A DNA stretch of 64,000 bases, from IMG/VR virus record IMGVR_UViG_3300042868_006787, positions 18,054 through 82,053 of that record; one strand, given 5' to 3'. The DNA is from a virus. Below, piece after piece: positions 1-9,741 of this stretch (within the stretch, counting starts at the first letter, position 1; each line of letters opens with the position of its first letter). The notes under the pieces are model-generated. The model worked only from the letters and a program-made list of their open reading frames with translations. It did no database searches and was not told the DNA's origin. The position numbers were made by a program, and so were the translations under genes.

Positions 1-804
1 TACTTCTCCCCCGCTATCATTTGAAATAATGTGAAACTCTGGTTTTCCAACTAAGTTTTTTTCATGCCATGACTTTAGCATGTCTAATTCAATTTCACCA
101 TTGCTTATTTTTCTGTGTGACCAAACACCTTGGCCCATAATGGTGTATACACGATTTCTAACCTCTACTTCTGACATTTCTAAACTTATTACTAATGGAG
201 ACTTTCCTTGTTTCCATGCTTGTACCGCAAAATAAAGAGCAAGCCAAGATTTGCCAATTCCTGGATACGCAAGGAAAACACCAAGTTGGCCTGGCATAAT
301 TCCAGATGGAAGGTAGTTGTCAAATCCTGGCAAACCTGTTTTAATTCCAACCGATCCTAGTTCTTTCATTTTTTGCACATTGGTAAAATAGGCAACGGCA
401 GAATCTAAATCTGTGGCATCAATATCTCTAATTGCAGCAACATTCTTTTTTAACTCTGATGTTTTATTAATCAATCCTGTTAGGGCTATGTCTCCATTCC
501 CACTCTGAACATCAGTTGCAGCAGATCTTAAAATATCTTTTAGACTATCGGTTAGATATTCTGCCTGCAATTCTTCTAAATGATATTTAGTTGCACCAAC
601 ATTCTCTATTGTTTGAAAATCTCTAAATTTTTCAACGACTAGTGATTCAGGGGGGACTGCATTATTTGCTTCATAATACTTTCTTATAAACAACCAAAGG
701 TCAGTATGTGTTTTTAAAAGATTTTCAACATTAGCCTGCAAAAGAACATGCATTTGTTTATCTTTAAGTAGCGCCGTTATAAGTTTAGACTCTGTGTTAT
801 TCAC
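1..804 (-). CDS. dnaB: DnaB-like replicative helicase (N-terminal part; runs off the window)
   Basis: Manual translation from GTG at 804 gives GIKTGLPGFD...GIMPGQLGVFLAYPGIGKS (Walker A)...VISLEMS, the SF4 helicase H1/H1a motifs. Confidence 0.9.
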   Translation of the reverse strand, partial: MNNTESKLITALLKDKQMHVLLQANVENLLKTHTDLWLFIRKYYEANNAVPPESLVVEKFRDFQTIENVGATKYHLEELQAEYLTDSLKDILRSAATDVQSGNGDIALTGLINKTSELKKNVAAIRDIDATDLDSAVAYFTNVQKMKELGSVGIKTGLPGFDNYLPSGIMPGQLGVFLAYPGIGKSWLALYFAVQAWKQGKSPLVISLEMSEVEVRNRVYTIMGQGVWSHRKISNGEIELDMLKSWHEKNLVGKPEFHIISNDSGGEV

Positions 805-1105
805 TTAGCCATTCCTTTCCTTTTTTCCTACGCTCTGCACGCTCTTCATCATCTTTAATTTTATTTAGTCTTGTCTGAAATATTTTTTCTGCATTATAAG
901 CAAAGTAACTCCAAGAAGGGGACAAGGAAACGCTAAAGTAGTAATCAAGTAGGTCATAACATTTTCCTATCCCATAAGACTCTATTAGCGCATCAGAAGC
1001 CCACTGTTCAACATTTAAGTTCAACGATGGCTTTTCTTCGTACTTTATAGTATGTAGTTTACTATATCTACTTAGCAAAGCCATTCGGTCTTTGCGTTCA
1101 GCCAC
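797..1105 (-). CDS. Hypothetical phage protein, translationally coupled to the helicase
   Basis: 102-aa ORF overlapping both neighbours. Confidence 0.7.
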   Translation of the reverse strand: MAERKDRMALLSRYSKLHTIKYEEKPSLNLNVEQWASDALIESYGIGKCYDLLDYYFSVSLSPSWSYFAYNAEKIFQTRLNKIKDDEERAERRKKGKEWLSE

Positions 1106-1311
1106 TATTCGTCTATTTCTACTTTGGCTTCGTTAATTTTTTCGGTAAGTTTATCTTCAACAAACTTATAAACTCTTTCAAAAGCATCATTAATGTTTTC
1201 GCCTTCACGTCGACTATCAGTAATGCCAAGATCTAATCTTAGTGATTGAAAATTACCAAGATTTAATGTATAACCTAGCGTAACGTTTACTTTTGTTTCT
1301 TCGTTATTCAT
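1105..1311 (-). CDS. Hypothetical phage protein
   Basis: 68-aa ORF with GGAGG RBS upstream. Confidence 0.7.
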   Translation of the reverse strand: MNNEETKVNVTLGYTLNLGNFQSLRLDLGITDSRREGENINDAFERVYKFVEDKLTEKINEAKVEIDE

Positions 1312-1328
1312 TGTCCCTCCCAGGGAAA

Positions 1329-1874
1329 TTATTTTATTGATTCATTCCAAACAGGAATAAATCTTCCATCTTCAGTTTTTGTATATGTAAGTATACCATC
1401 GCCCATCTTTCTTGTCAATTCTTGTTTGGTTGGCGTCATATTGTTTGTAATTAATCCATCCTTTCTAGGTTGGCCAATATGTATACTTGCAAGTATATCA
1501 CGTATCTCTTTTACTTGCGATTCAGAATAATATGCTCTTATCTGATATCCACGTTTTCCATTTTCAGAACAACCAAGTGGGACGGGAATGACTCCTCGTT
1601 TTATTAAACTTGGCATGTACTTTCTATGTCTATTGACAAGTTTAGCAGTTTCTGCTATAGTATATGCCCTTTCTCTATTTTTTTTAAAATCTAAAATAAA
1701 ACAAAGTTCAAGTTTATTTTTTACAATATTATAAATAGCAACAGTACCATCTGATCTGTTATAGTGGTGAACTCTTACTAAGTCTTTATTTAAAAACCAA
1801 ACAGCCCCACTACCTTTTATTACAGATGACTGATTGTACTCTTGGCCCTCAATTTTTCCTTTTGCAGTAGCCAT
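1329..1874 (-). CDS. Putative HTH (MerR/excisionase-like) DNA-binding protein
   Basis: YTIAETAKLVNRHRKYMPSLIKRGVIP...YYSESQV resembles a MerR-type winged HTH. Confidence 0.6.
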   Translation of the reverse strand: MATAKGKIEGQEYNQSSVIKGSGAVWFLNKDLVRVHHYNRSDGTVAIYNIVKNKLELCFILDFKKNRERAYTIAETAKLVNRHRKYMPSLIKRGVIPVPLGCSENGKRGYQIRAYYSESQVKEIRDILASIHIGQPRKDGLITNNMTPTKQELTRKMGDGILTYTKTEDGRFIPVWNESIK

Positions 1875-2011
1875 AGCCCCTCGCTTGACGTTGATGGTGG
1901 ATTATAAAACTTTCTGTTGCCACATTTTAAACAAAATGTTTCAAGATGTTCAGGATTAGTGTATTGCCTATCAATAAACATTCTTGATTTACATTTTAAG
2001 CATTTAATCAT
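1820..2011 (-). CDS. Small Zn-ribbon protein
   Basis: Two CxxC pairs (CLKC...CLKC); likely start ATG at 2011 overlapping the upstream stop. Confidence 0.65.
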   Translation of the reverse strand: MIKCLKCKSRMFIDRQYTNPEHLETFCLKCGNRKFYNPPSTSSEGLWLLQKEKLRAKSTISHL

Positions 2012-2454
2012 TAATTTGGAATGCCTACAATAATAAGATTTACCCATACAGATAAATCTCCAGAGGCTCCAAATTTAACGCTACCCTCCACACGAGAGGT
2101 CGTAATGTTTTTTAAAATTACAGACACATTTTTACCCGCTGGAGTGTTGCCTACGTTAACTGGAGTTGCAGTAACAATTGGTGCATATTTAAAGTTTGTA
2201 GTAAAATTATAAAAGAAATCTTTTTCTGTTGTTGGCGTTACAGTTGTATTATTAAAAATTTCAACTCTGCCAGCAACAACTCTTAGTTCTGAAGTTTTTA
2301 CATTTGCTTTATCGGACCCCGTAGTATCTACAGTTGCATAATTAGAGGTGGTTGAAGAAACCTCTGTTGCAACATCATTTATTGCCTCGGCTAACTGATA
2401 GATATACGTTACATCTAAAGGTTGCCCTCTTTCTGGTAATGGTATCTTTGACAT
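2011..2454 (-). CDS. Putative tail-tip/fibre-associated protein (H-type lectin-like C-terminus possible)
   Basis: Last gene of the tail block; beta-rich, F..APIVTAT...V...NIT pattern. Confidence 0.5.
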   Translation of the reverse strand: MSKIPLPERGQPLDVTYIYQLAEAINDVATEVSSTTSNYATVDTTGSDKANVKTSELRVVAGRVEIFNNTTVTPTTEKDFFYNFTTNFKYAPIVTATPVNVGNTPAGKNVSVILKNITTSRVEGSVKFGASGDLSVWVNLIIVGIPN

Positions 2455-2475
2455 TTTTCTCCTTTTATTATTATA

Positions 2476-3030
2476 TCAGTTTATGTTTTCTAAGTCACTA
2501 ATTAGATATGTTGCTGCATCAAATGGTCCCTTTACTATGGTCACCTTTTGTATTCTAATCTTTATCTGATCTGGCGCCCCTGACCCATGTGGGTAAGAAA
2601 GAGAATAATTAGTGCTTGTAGATTTTCCAACCCAAATCCAATTACTTACAACTTCACCTGTTTTCCATTGAACATAAACATCAAACTCTGTAATTGCAGC
2701 CTGCTTTTCCTGTAATATTTTTTCTTCTTCTGTTGGGTTTACAATTAATAATGCAGGCATTGTCCATGAAATGTTAACTATATTTGCTTGACTATCAACG
2801 TTAATGCTATATGGAATATTTGTAGTTGCTAAATTATTTGGATCAAAGCCAGTTTCATCAAATGTATTATTTATTGTTATTTCTTTTATTGGAGACCAGT
2901 GCGAAAACCTATTCTTATCTTCTGACAATATACGATATCTTAATGTGTAAGTTAGGGTTTGATTGTCTCCTAGTGTTGGGGGAAGATCTGATGATTTTAT
3001 TATAGTTCTTTTAATTCCAGCGTCTGCCAT
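2476..3030 (-). CDS. Putative minor tail protein (FN3/Ig-like)
   Basis: Position in tail operon; ISW...FDVYVQW beta-sandwich pattern. Confidence 0.5.
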   Translation of the reverse strand: MADAGIKRTIIKSSDLPPTLGDNQTLTYTLRYRILSEDKNRFSHWSPIKEITINNTFDETGFDPNNLATTNIPYSINVDSQANIVNISWTMPALLIVNPTEEEKILQEKQAAITEFDVYVQWKTGEVVSNWIWVGKSTSTNYSLSYPHGSGAPDQIKIRIQKVTIVKGPFDAATYLISDLENIN

Positions 3031-4154
3031 TATCCGACACCAATAGCAAATTTAAATTCTACATAATTGCTTGTATTTGGAGATTTAATAATTGCTGAAG
3101 CAGTATCATTTTGAACTACCGAGTATCCAACCATTCCATAAAGTGGGTTAGGCGTGTTTAAATTTTCAAATCTTAGTGCATCTAAAACAACATAAAAATC
3201 ATCTGACGCAGTTCCACCATCTACAACTGAAGCATAAATGTTAATAGTATCGGCAGATGTCCATGTAAAATTTGATGTGGTATAAAGTTCTTGTCTTTCT
3301 TTTGTTACAACACAATATCTATTGGTTGAAAAATCATGTTGTCCAAAGCCAGTACCATTTGCTAAAGTTGTTTCAAATCTAGAAAATTTAGTTGCATCAA
3401 TACTGCTAGTAAACTCAACAATAATTTTTACTGTATCTGGAACAGATAAAGAATCTCCATCTTTATTAATTACAGAAAAAGCAAATCTTAGTTCATCTGA
3501 TGGAGCATTTTTAGAAAAATCTAAAGAGATTCCAGTTGCCCTAATATATTCTGGACCTGTTGCTACAACTAAATGTTCGCCAGAAGTTGTCATTGTAGAG
3601 GAATCTCCACGCAAGGCAATAATATTGTTATAATATCGGCAGCGCTCATATCGTGCTGCTCTGTTTGTATTGTAAAATATTTTATTGTCTGCATTGGTTT
3701 CGAAAACTTTTGACGTAGTTTCAATAATATTATCTGACAATGATCCGTCTAATGGCTGAGTAATTCTTAAAATATCCGTAGTAGCACTTGGGGATATATG
3801 TTGCCAATTTTCTCCCTGAGTAAATGTTAAAATAGTTCGACTGTCATATGATGCAGCGTACGGGTTTGATCCAGCAGAATATATAGCCACTTCAGAAATT
3901 TCATATCTTTCTTCCGTTGGCAGTTCTGCGGTTAGTACTAGTTTTGATTGACCGTCTTCTACAATATACCCCCTAGAACTTATTGGTATACGAAACATTT
4001 CAAAATCTAAATTTTGTTTTGCGGAGTAGTCCAAAGGTGTATCGGATGTGTCTAAAGGCTTAGCACCGCATCCCAGGGCCATATAAGAGGCATAGGCTGG
4101 GGTTTGACCAAGCAAGTACTTTGCAATAATATACTTCCCAGTATTAGTTATCAT
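3030..4154 (-). CDS. Putative baseplate/minor tail protein
   Basis: MITNTGK...YMALGCG...EMFRIPI...ISEVAIY N-terminus typical of tail/baseplate attachment domains. Confidence 0.6.
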   Translation of the reverse strand: MITNTGKYIIAKYLLGQTPAYASYMALGCGAKPLDTSDTPLDYSAKQNLDFEMFRIPISSRGYIVEDGQSKLVLTAELPTEERYEISEVAIYSAGSNPYAASYDSRTILTFTQGENWQHISPSATTDILRITQPLDGSLSDNIIETTSKVFETNADNKIFYNTNRAARYERCRYYNNIIALRGDSSTMTTSGEHLVVATGPEYIRATGISLDFSKNAPSDELRFAFSVINKDGDSLSVPDTVKIIVEFTSSIDATKFSRFETTLANGTGFGQHDFSTNRYCVVTKERQELYTTSNFTWTSADTINIYASVVDGGTASDDFYVVLDALRFENLNTPNPLYGMVGYSVVQNDTASAIIKSPNTSNYVEFKFAIGVG

Positions 4155-4975
4155 GATTCCACTACTCCAAGCATTATAGTATACATTGTACCACCTATGC
4201 TTAATTGAACTTCTACCTGCTCATCTATATCTAAATTAACTAACTCAATAATAACATTTTGAGATTCATCTAGGTATATATTTTCTCCGTTTAGACCGTT
4301 ACCAACAAATGGTATCTTATTCTCTAATTTAATACCAAAATTAGAAAAATATTTGTCTGAGGTATTTTGAAGGCTTAGCAAACGTTTTGAAGAAAATTCC
4401 TGATTTAAGGATGTAAGATTTTTAATTAATTGGTTTGGAATATAGTTGCCACTGACTATGTCATGCCTAGACATAGATAAGAGTTCTTGACCGCCTATAT
4501 CTTCAAATAAGATATCTGTTAATGTTTCTATAGGCAAAGTTTCATCATCAAATAAAATTATTTCTGGGGTGGCAACTTTTACTTTATAAGTAGTGGCTGG
4601 CGGTGGAGGAGGGGGTGGCAGTGTTACTGGAATTGCTGCAACAGTTGGCGTAAAAATAACTTCAGGAGATCCTGAAAATGGAATAGGATTAAATATTGGT
4701 TCTGGAACTTTCTTAGGTGGATCTTCTCTTTCTCCTTCTCTATAAGTAACCCGCTCTTTATTTATAGTTTGTGACTTGGGGGTTTCTTTTTGCTTTTGTT
4801 CTTCTTGTCTCCAACCCGCTAAATCTTTAGCAACTTGAGCACGGTTATTTTCTCTTCTGGTTTCTGAATCCATTGAATTTTGGTAAGCCAAATCCCTAGC
4901 AATCTGAGCACGATTGTTTTCTCTTCTAGTTTCTGAATCAATGGTTTTGCCATGACCTGAATTTTCTCCTGGCAT
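4151..4975 (-). CDS. Tail-region protein with duplicated N-terminal motif and polyproline linker
   Basis: DSETRRENNRAQ(I/V)A(R/K)DLA twice; LPPPPPPPA linker. Confidence 0.6.
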   Translation of the reverse strand: MPGENSGHGKTIDSETRRENNRAQIARDLAYQNSMDSETRRENNRAQVAKDLAGWRQEEQKQKETPKSQTINKERVTYREGEREDPPKKVPEPIFNPIPFSGSPEVIFTPTVAAIPVTLPPPPPPPATTYKVKVATPEIILFDDETLPIETLTDILFEDIGGQELLSMSRHDIVSGNYIPNQLIKNLTSLNQEFSSKRLLSLQNTSDKYFSNFGIKLENKIPFVGNGLNGENIYLDESQNVIIELVNLDIDEQVEVQLSIGGTMYTIMLGVVES

Positions 4976-4976
4976 T

Positions 4977-7900
4977 TTACACCTCCGCCAAATATACTGT
5001 CATGCTTGGTCCGTTTGAATTTCTCTGATAGTCCATGTTATAAATAACAAACTGTTTGGCTGGACTGCAGATTAAATCTACTCCATCTTTATTATAGTCA
5101 ATTTGTACAAGATCCCCTAATTGAAGTATTGGTAAAGAAAATATTTGTGCTCCGACAAGTTTTTTAGGTTTCATTGATTTTTTAACAATCCATCCTAAAA
5201 TATTTTCAGCATCGGACAATGTTTGAATATATGGAGTCTCTAAAGTAAAACTACTAATACCATGATTTAATCTACTTTGTTTTATATAGTTGTAATCTTG
5301 AATGCTTACCAGATTAGATCTAATTGTATTATTATCTAAATTATCCAATTCAGCAAAATTTGATTTTTTATTAAAATAATCATCTACGGATACGGTATAT
5401 GTAGTATCTTGTGTAAATGTTATTCCTTGAATTTTTAAATAGTTTCCGCCAGTTTCATCTAAATTAAGTGCAGAATCTGTTGCATTAAATACTAAAAATT
5501 CTGCTCCGTAAGAGTCTGCCTGAAATCCAGAAACAACATATCCCTTTGTTGTGTTTGGTGTTGGAGATATTTTTGCATATAGCGCTGGATAGGCTTTATC
5601 ATATTTAACATTAAAGTATGCAACTTCTCTAAAAATAGAACCAAACTCATCATAATACATGTTGTATTTTGGTGGCTGCAAACTAGATATACCCTCTAAA
5701 TATGTAGATTGAACAACCCCACTCATTGCATATTTTCTTAATGCTGAGTTTGCATTAATTTCATTTGCTCCAAACACAGAAGATATAGAGTCAGCAACAT
5801 TAAAAACTGTGTTTTGAGAATAGTTTTCGTTTAAAGCATAAATATTTTCAAACATACATTTTGATGATCCTCTAACAAAAAGAGAAACATTGTTATACAC
5901 CGGAAGTGGATCTGTGTCATCAACTATGCCAATTAGTTTGTTATTAATATATAAATAAAATTTTCTTGTTGTTCCAACATTAGAATACTCTACTGCTAAA
6001 TCATAAACTGTCGGGTTTTCTTCTCCAGACATTCTGTATTGACCAGTAAATTTACCATCATCTACTAAAATATTAGTTAGTCCTGACCAAAGTTTTATTG
6101 GAATAGCATTGCCAGCACTGTCTTTTTTAATTTTATAAAAAACGATATTTGAAATATTATTTTCAGATGAACCATCAGACTTAATCTTTAAGTATGATTC
6201 AATATTTTTTTCTGATAACGCAATTATCTCAAAATAATATCCATTGTTTGTTTCTGGGTTAATCATAATTCCTAAGCCACCAGAACCACCACCAATGTTT
6301 GTACTTTGGTTTGGTTGTGTTGTTGGCACTTGGTAATATGTTGTGCTTCCGATTGGAGTCTGAAGTCTATCTTCGCTTGTATTTACGCTACCAACAATTC
6401 TCATTCTAGTTCCAAAATGTTTGTAAGAACTATCTAACGGTTTATATACATAAGATATAAAATCAACTGGAGTATCTGTAGAACTAAAAGATGGGCCAGA
6501 CATTACTAATGCCGATGATTGAATTGTTCCAGTTTGAGTTGATTGCAAACTATTTAATTCTGTTTCGGTTAAGTAATTGCTTGTCATAAAGTTTTTAATT
6601 ATGCCAGTTCTTGAACATTTTTTAGCCAGCGTATTATTAACTCCAGCAGCACCAACTGTAAGATCTATAGGGTATTCAATTTCTGGACTAGTTGTAAATA
6701 AATAATTAGACTTCATATTGCAACCACGAAGGTATGTGTCTTCTGTCCAATTGTTTGATATGCCTGCTGTATGGCTGGCAACCAATGTTCCAAACTGTCC
6801 TCTTCCATGTTCAAAAACTGGACCATTTTTTATTTTTGTGTCGCCATCAATTGTTTCGTAGTAGGGGTTTGCTAAAATTCTAATTAATCCTGTTGGATAT
6901 ATTTTTCCATTAAACGGAAGCGATCCCATATATTCCTGATACTCCTGATTGTTTGATATCCAGATATTACCAATTCCTGTTATGTTAAATTGAACAGCGT
7001 CATATCTTATAACCTCCCCGCTAGAATAAAAATATCCTTTATATTTGGTTAACCAATAAACATTTTCTCCTAAATCAACGGTATTATCAATAATAAATCC
7101 ATTAGATACTGAAGGAATAGATATTGGTAAATCAGAATTAATGGGGACCGCACCTAAAACAAAACTTGATTGTTTGTCTACTTGGGAGTTTATTGTTTTT
7201 AATACATCTTCTCCAGATGCTTCCCATAACAATGATGGTTTATAGATCCAGGTTTTTTCTTTGTCTACTAAAGTGCTTTGTTTAATTGACCCATAAGATC
7301 TTTGTATATATCTTGAGGTATAGTTAATTTTTCCATCATTATATATTTTTTTATCTTGTGAAGATATAGAAATAATATTTGGCAGGTCTGAAGACAATGG
7401 TTTGTTTTTGATTACATCTAAATTTTCTTGATTATTCATTATGCCTTTTAATTCTTGTTGGTTATTTGTGCCAACTAAAGTAAATGATGACTCTCTTTCT
7501 CCAGCCTCTGGCATTATATAATTTTTGCTCATGATAGTAAAATTATTATATTCATCAAAAAACATTGCAGTCTGAGTTGACACTGCTAACTCATTTAAAA
7601 CCTGAGCCAAACTCTGATCTGGTGCAATAAAAAAATAAGGGATAATTGGATCTTTTTCTAATCCAATTCTTTTAAATGTATAATTTGAAAATCCTACAGA
7701 ATCTAATAATGTTGATATTGCAAAACTTAAAGATACGTCAGTCAAAAGCATCCTTGGTGCTGTTTGAGATTCAAAATAAAAATAAAAATCACGAAGACTA
7801 ATTGATATTGTAGATCCATCGTCAGTTGCCTGCGGAAAATTGTCCGAATATAAAGTTTTAATTGGAACAAAATAGTTTATTGTTAAATTATCATTGTATA

Positions 7901-9137
7901 TATTTTCATAAAAAACAAACTTAATATTTTTGTTTAAATAATTTTTTATAATACTATTTTCATTATTTTCATTAAAGGCCAACTCTTCATCAAAAATAGT
8001 AACGGTGCCATTAGAGGCAAGTAATTGGCCTACCGGAATAGCACCTTGGGACATATCAGACATTGTTTTTGTTATTTGAAAGTCTAAAACATTATTTGAA
8101 ATATTTACAGAAAGTCTTGGAGACATTTCAATTAAATCAAAAACCGAATCAAATTTATTCATTGATAAAACTACTATTCTTATTCCATCAATATAATCAA
8201 ATTCATTATAAAAAAATGTATTATCTATCTTAGTAGTTTTTATCGGATCAGAAATTTTTGTAACAAATGAAGTATTGTAGTCAACTGACTCAGATTTTAA
8301 AAACCATTCATTGTTTAAATATGACAATTCTAAATATCCATCTGGCCCAATGATATCAGAGTCGTCCAATCTTCTGCTATTTTGATCAACATTTAAAATA
8401 TCTATCCAGTTATTATTTTTTAAAATTTGTACCTTAAATTTATTTGGAATGGTTTTATTTTGATTGCCATAAAATGGGCTAGAGTCTGTGCCAACAATGT
8501 CTTGAAAATTTCCAGGATCATTCTGCCCAACATTCGTTTGCATTTTTACAACAATTCTATTGCACGGGACGCTTTCTTTGTATACGACAAAAGGACATGA
8601 GTCTTCTATATAGTTAATACCATTAATTGTTTTATTTGCGATACCTCTTTCAGTTCCATTTTCTTTTCTATAGGATGACCAGTATTTAAAAATATCGTTT
8701 CGTGATGACATGTAATATCTTGGAGCATTGTTTCCAAACATAACATTTGTTGGTATATATTTTTTATCAAAAAATGACATCTTGTTAATGCCAGATCTTG
8801 GCCTAAATGGTTTAAGACAATCCTCCAAAGAATAATATAAAGATTTTTTTTGATCTAAAGATTGAAATAGTTGTAGTGTGTCGTTGGTATTATATGTATT
8901 TTGTATTTGTTCATAAGATAATTCAGCATTTGTATAGTAATCTCCGCTGTCCTCTAAATCAAAAGTGTTAGGAATATTTTTATAAATACTAGAAATATCA
9001 TTTGGTCTATATCTATAATTTCCTACCTTTTTAATGTTGCCAGGCACGTTCATATTCCATTCAGCAATAACGACTGACTGCAAAGATATATCGTTGGATG
9101 TTTTTAAATATTCTACAAGGTCACTATTGCTAAACAC
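4977..9137 (-). CDS. Large minor tail protein (tail tip/hub)
   Basis: 1386 aa, second gene after the tape measure; C-terminal LQLGDLVQI pattern typical of hub/Tal-like proteins. Confidence 0.7.
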   Translation of the reverse strand: MFSNSDLVEYLKTSNDISLQSVVIAEWNMNVPGNIKKVGNYRYRPNDISSIYKNIPNTFDLEDSGDYYTNAELSYEQIQNTYNTNDTLQLFQSLDQKKSLYYSLEDCLKPFRPRSGINKMSFFDKKYIPTNVMFGNNAPRYYMSSRNDIFKYWSSYRKENGTERGIANKTINGINYIEDSCPFVVYKESVPCNRIVVKMQTNVGQNDPGNFQDIVGTDSSPFYGNQNKTIPNKFKVQILKNNNWIDILNVDQNSRRLDDSDIIGPDGYLELSYLNNEWFLKSESVDYNTSFVTKISDPIKTTKIDNTFFYNEFDYIDGIRIVVLSMNKFDSVFDLIEMSPRLSVNISNNVLDFQITKTMSDMSQGAIPVGQLLASNGTVTIFDEELAFNENNENSIIKNYLNKNIKFVFYENIYNDNLTINYFVPIKTLYSDNFPQATDDGSTISISLRDFYFYFESQTAPRMLLTDVSLSFAISTLLDSVGFSNYTFKRIGLEKDPIIPYFFIAPDQSLAQVLNELAVSTQTAMFFDEYNNFTIMSKNYIMPEAGERESSFTLVGTNNQQELKGIMNNQENLDVIKNKPLSSDLPNIISISSQDKKIYNDGKINYTSRYIQRSYGSIKQSTLVDKEKTWIYKPSLLWEASGEDVLKTINSQVDKQSSFVLGAVPINSDLPISIPSVSNGFIIDNTVDLGENVYWLTKYKGYFYSSGEVIRYDAVQFNITGIGNIWISNNQEYQEYMGSLPFNGKIYPTGLIRILANPYYETIDGDTKIKNGPVFEHGRGQFGTLVASHTAGISNNWTEDTYLRGCNMKSNYLFTTSPEIEYPIDLTVGAAGVNNTLAKKCSRTGIIKNFMTSNYLTETELNSLQSTQTGTIQSSALVMSGPSFSSTDTPVDFISYVYKPLDSSYKHFGTRMRIVGSVNTSEDRLQTPIGSTTYYQVPTTQPNQSTNIGGGSGGLGIMINPETNNGYYFEIIALSEKNIESYLKIKSDGSSENNISNIVFYKIKKDSAGNAIPIKLWSGLTNILVDDGKFTGQYRMSGEENPTVYDLAVEYSNVGTTRKFYLYINNKLIGIVDDTDPLPVYNNVSLFVRGSSKCMFENIYALNENYSQNTVFNVADSISSVFGANEINANSALRKYAMSGVVQSTYLEGISSLQPPKYNMYYDEFGSIFREVAYFNVKYDKAYPALYAKISPTPNTTKGYVVSGFQADSYGAEFLVFNATDSALNLDETGGNYLKIQGITFTQDTTYTVSVDDYFNKKSNFAELDNLDNNTIRSNLVSIQDYNYIKQSRLNHGISSFTLETPYIQTLSDAENILGWIVKKSMKPKKLVGAQIFSLPILQLGDLVQIDYNKDGVDLICSPAKQFVIYNMDYQRNSNGPSMTVYLAEV

Positions 9138-9138
9138 T

Positions 9139-9741
9139 TTAGACCTCTTCTAGCGTTATATTAATATTCCATAGGTCATGATTAGTAAATCCTCTTTTTA
9201 CTACAGAATAAGAAAAATCTCTAAAATACATTTGAACAATTTGATTATATTTTGTTTTATCATCATATCTATCATATGCTAAATAAACCCAAAATGGTCC
9301 TTTGTGATTTTCATACCATCCTAATAATTCTAATCCCCCTGCACCACCATCAACAGTAAATTCGCCTAAGCCTCCACGAAGATTTGTCAATCCATTAGAA
9401 TCAAAAGATGGGTTATCTATGTATGACTTTGATGGCAACAATTGCCAAGAAGTTGATAAATTAATTTTATCTGCTATGTTATAGGCTCTCATGTTTCCGT
9501 TAATCATTCTTTCTCTTTTTTGAATTCTTTCTTGGCCAAAAGACAGTTCATTCCTATTGTGATCTGATAAAATTAAAAATGTATTTTTCTCATTTTCTGA
9601 TACGCCAGTCAAATTTGATCCAATTTCGTATCCATCAGGATAATAGAATCCGTTAGATAGGGTTCCTGGATTTTCAGACCAAAGCATAGCCTGTGGCAGT
9701 ACATATCTACGTCTACCTGCTAAATACGCTGCACTAGCCAT
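9139..9741 (-). CDS. Putative distal tail protein (Dit-like)
   Basis: Directly after the tape measure; ends WNINITLEEV. Confidence 0.55.
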   Translation of the reverse strand: MASAAYLAGRRRYVLPQAMLWSENPGTLSNGFYYPDGYEIGSNLTGVSENEKNTFLILSDHNRNELSFGQERIQKRERMINGNMRAYNIADKINLSTSWQLLPSKSYIDNPSFDSNGLTNLRGGLGEFTVDGGAGGLELLGWYENHKGPFWVYLAYDRYDDKTKYNQIVQMYFRDFSYSVVKRGFTNHDLWNINITLEEV

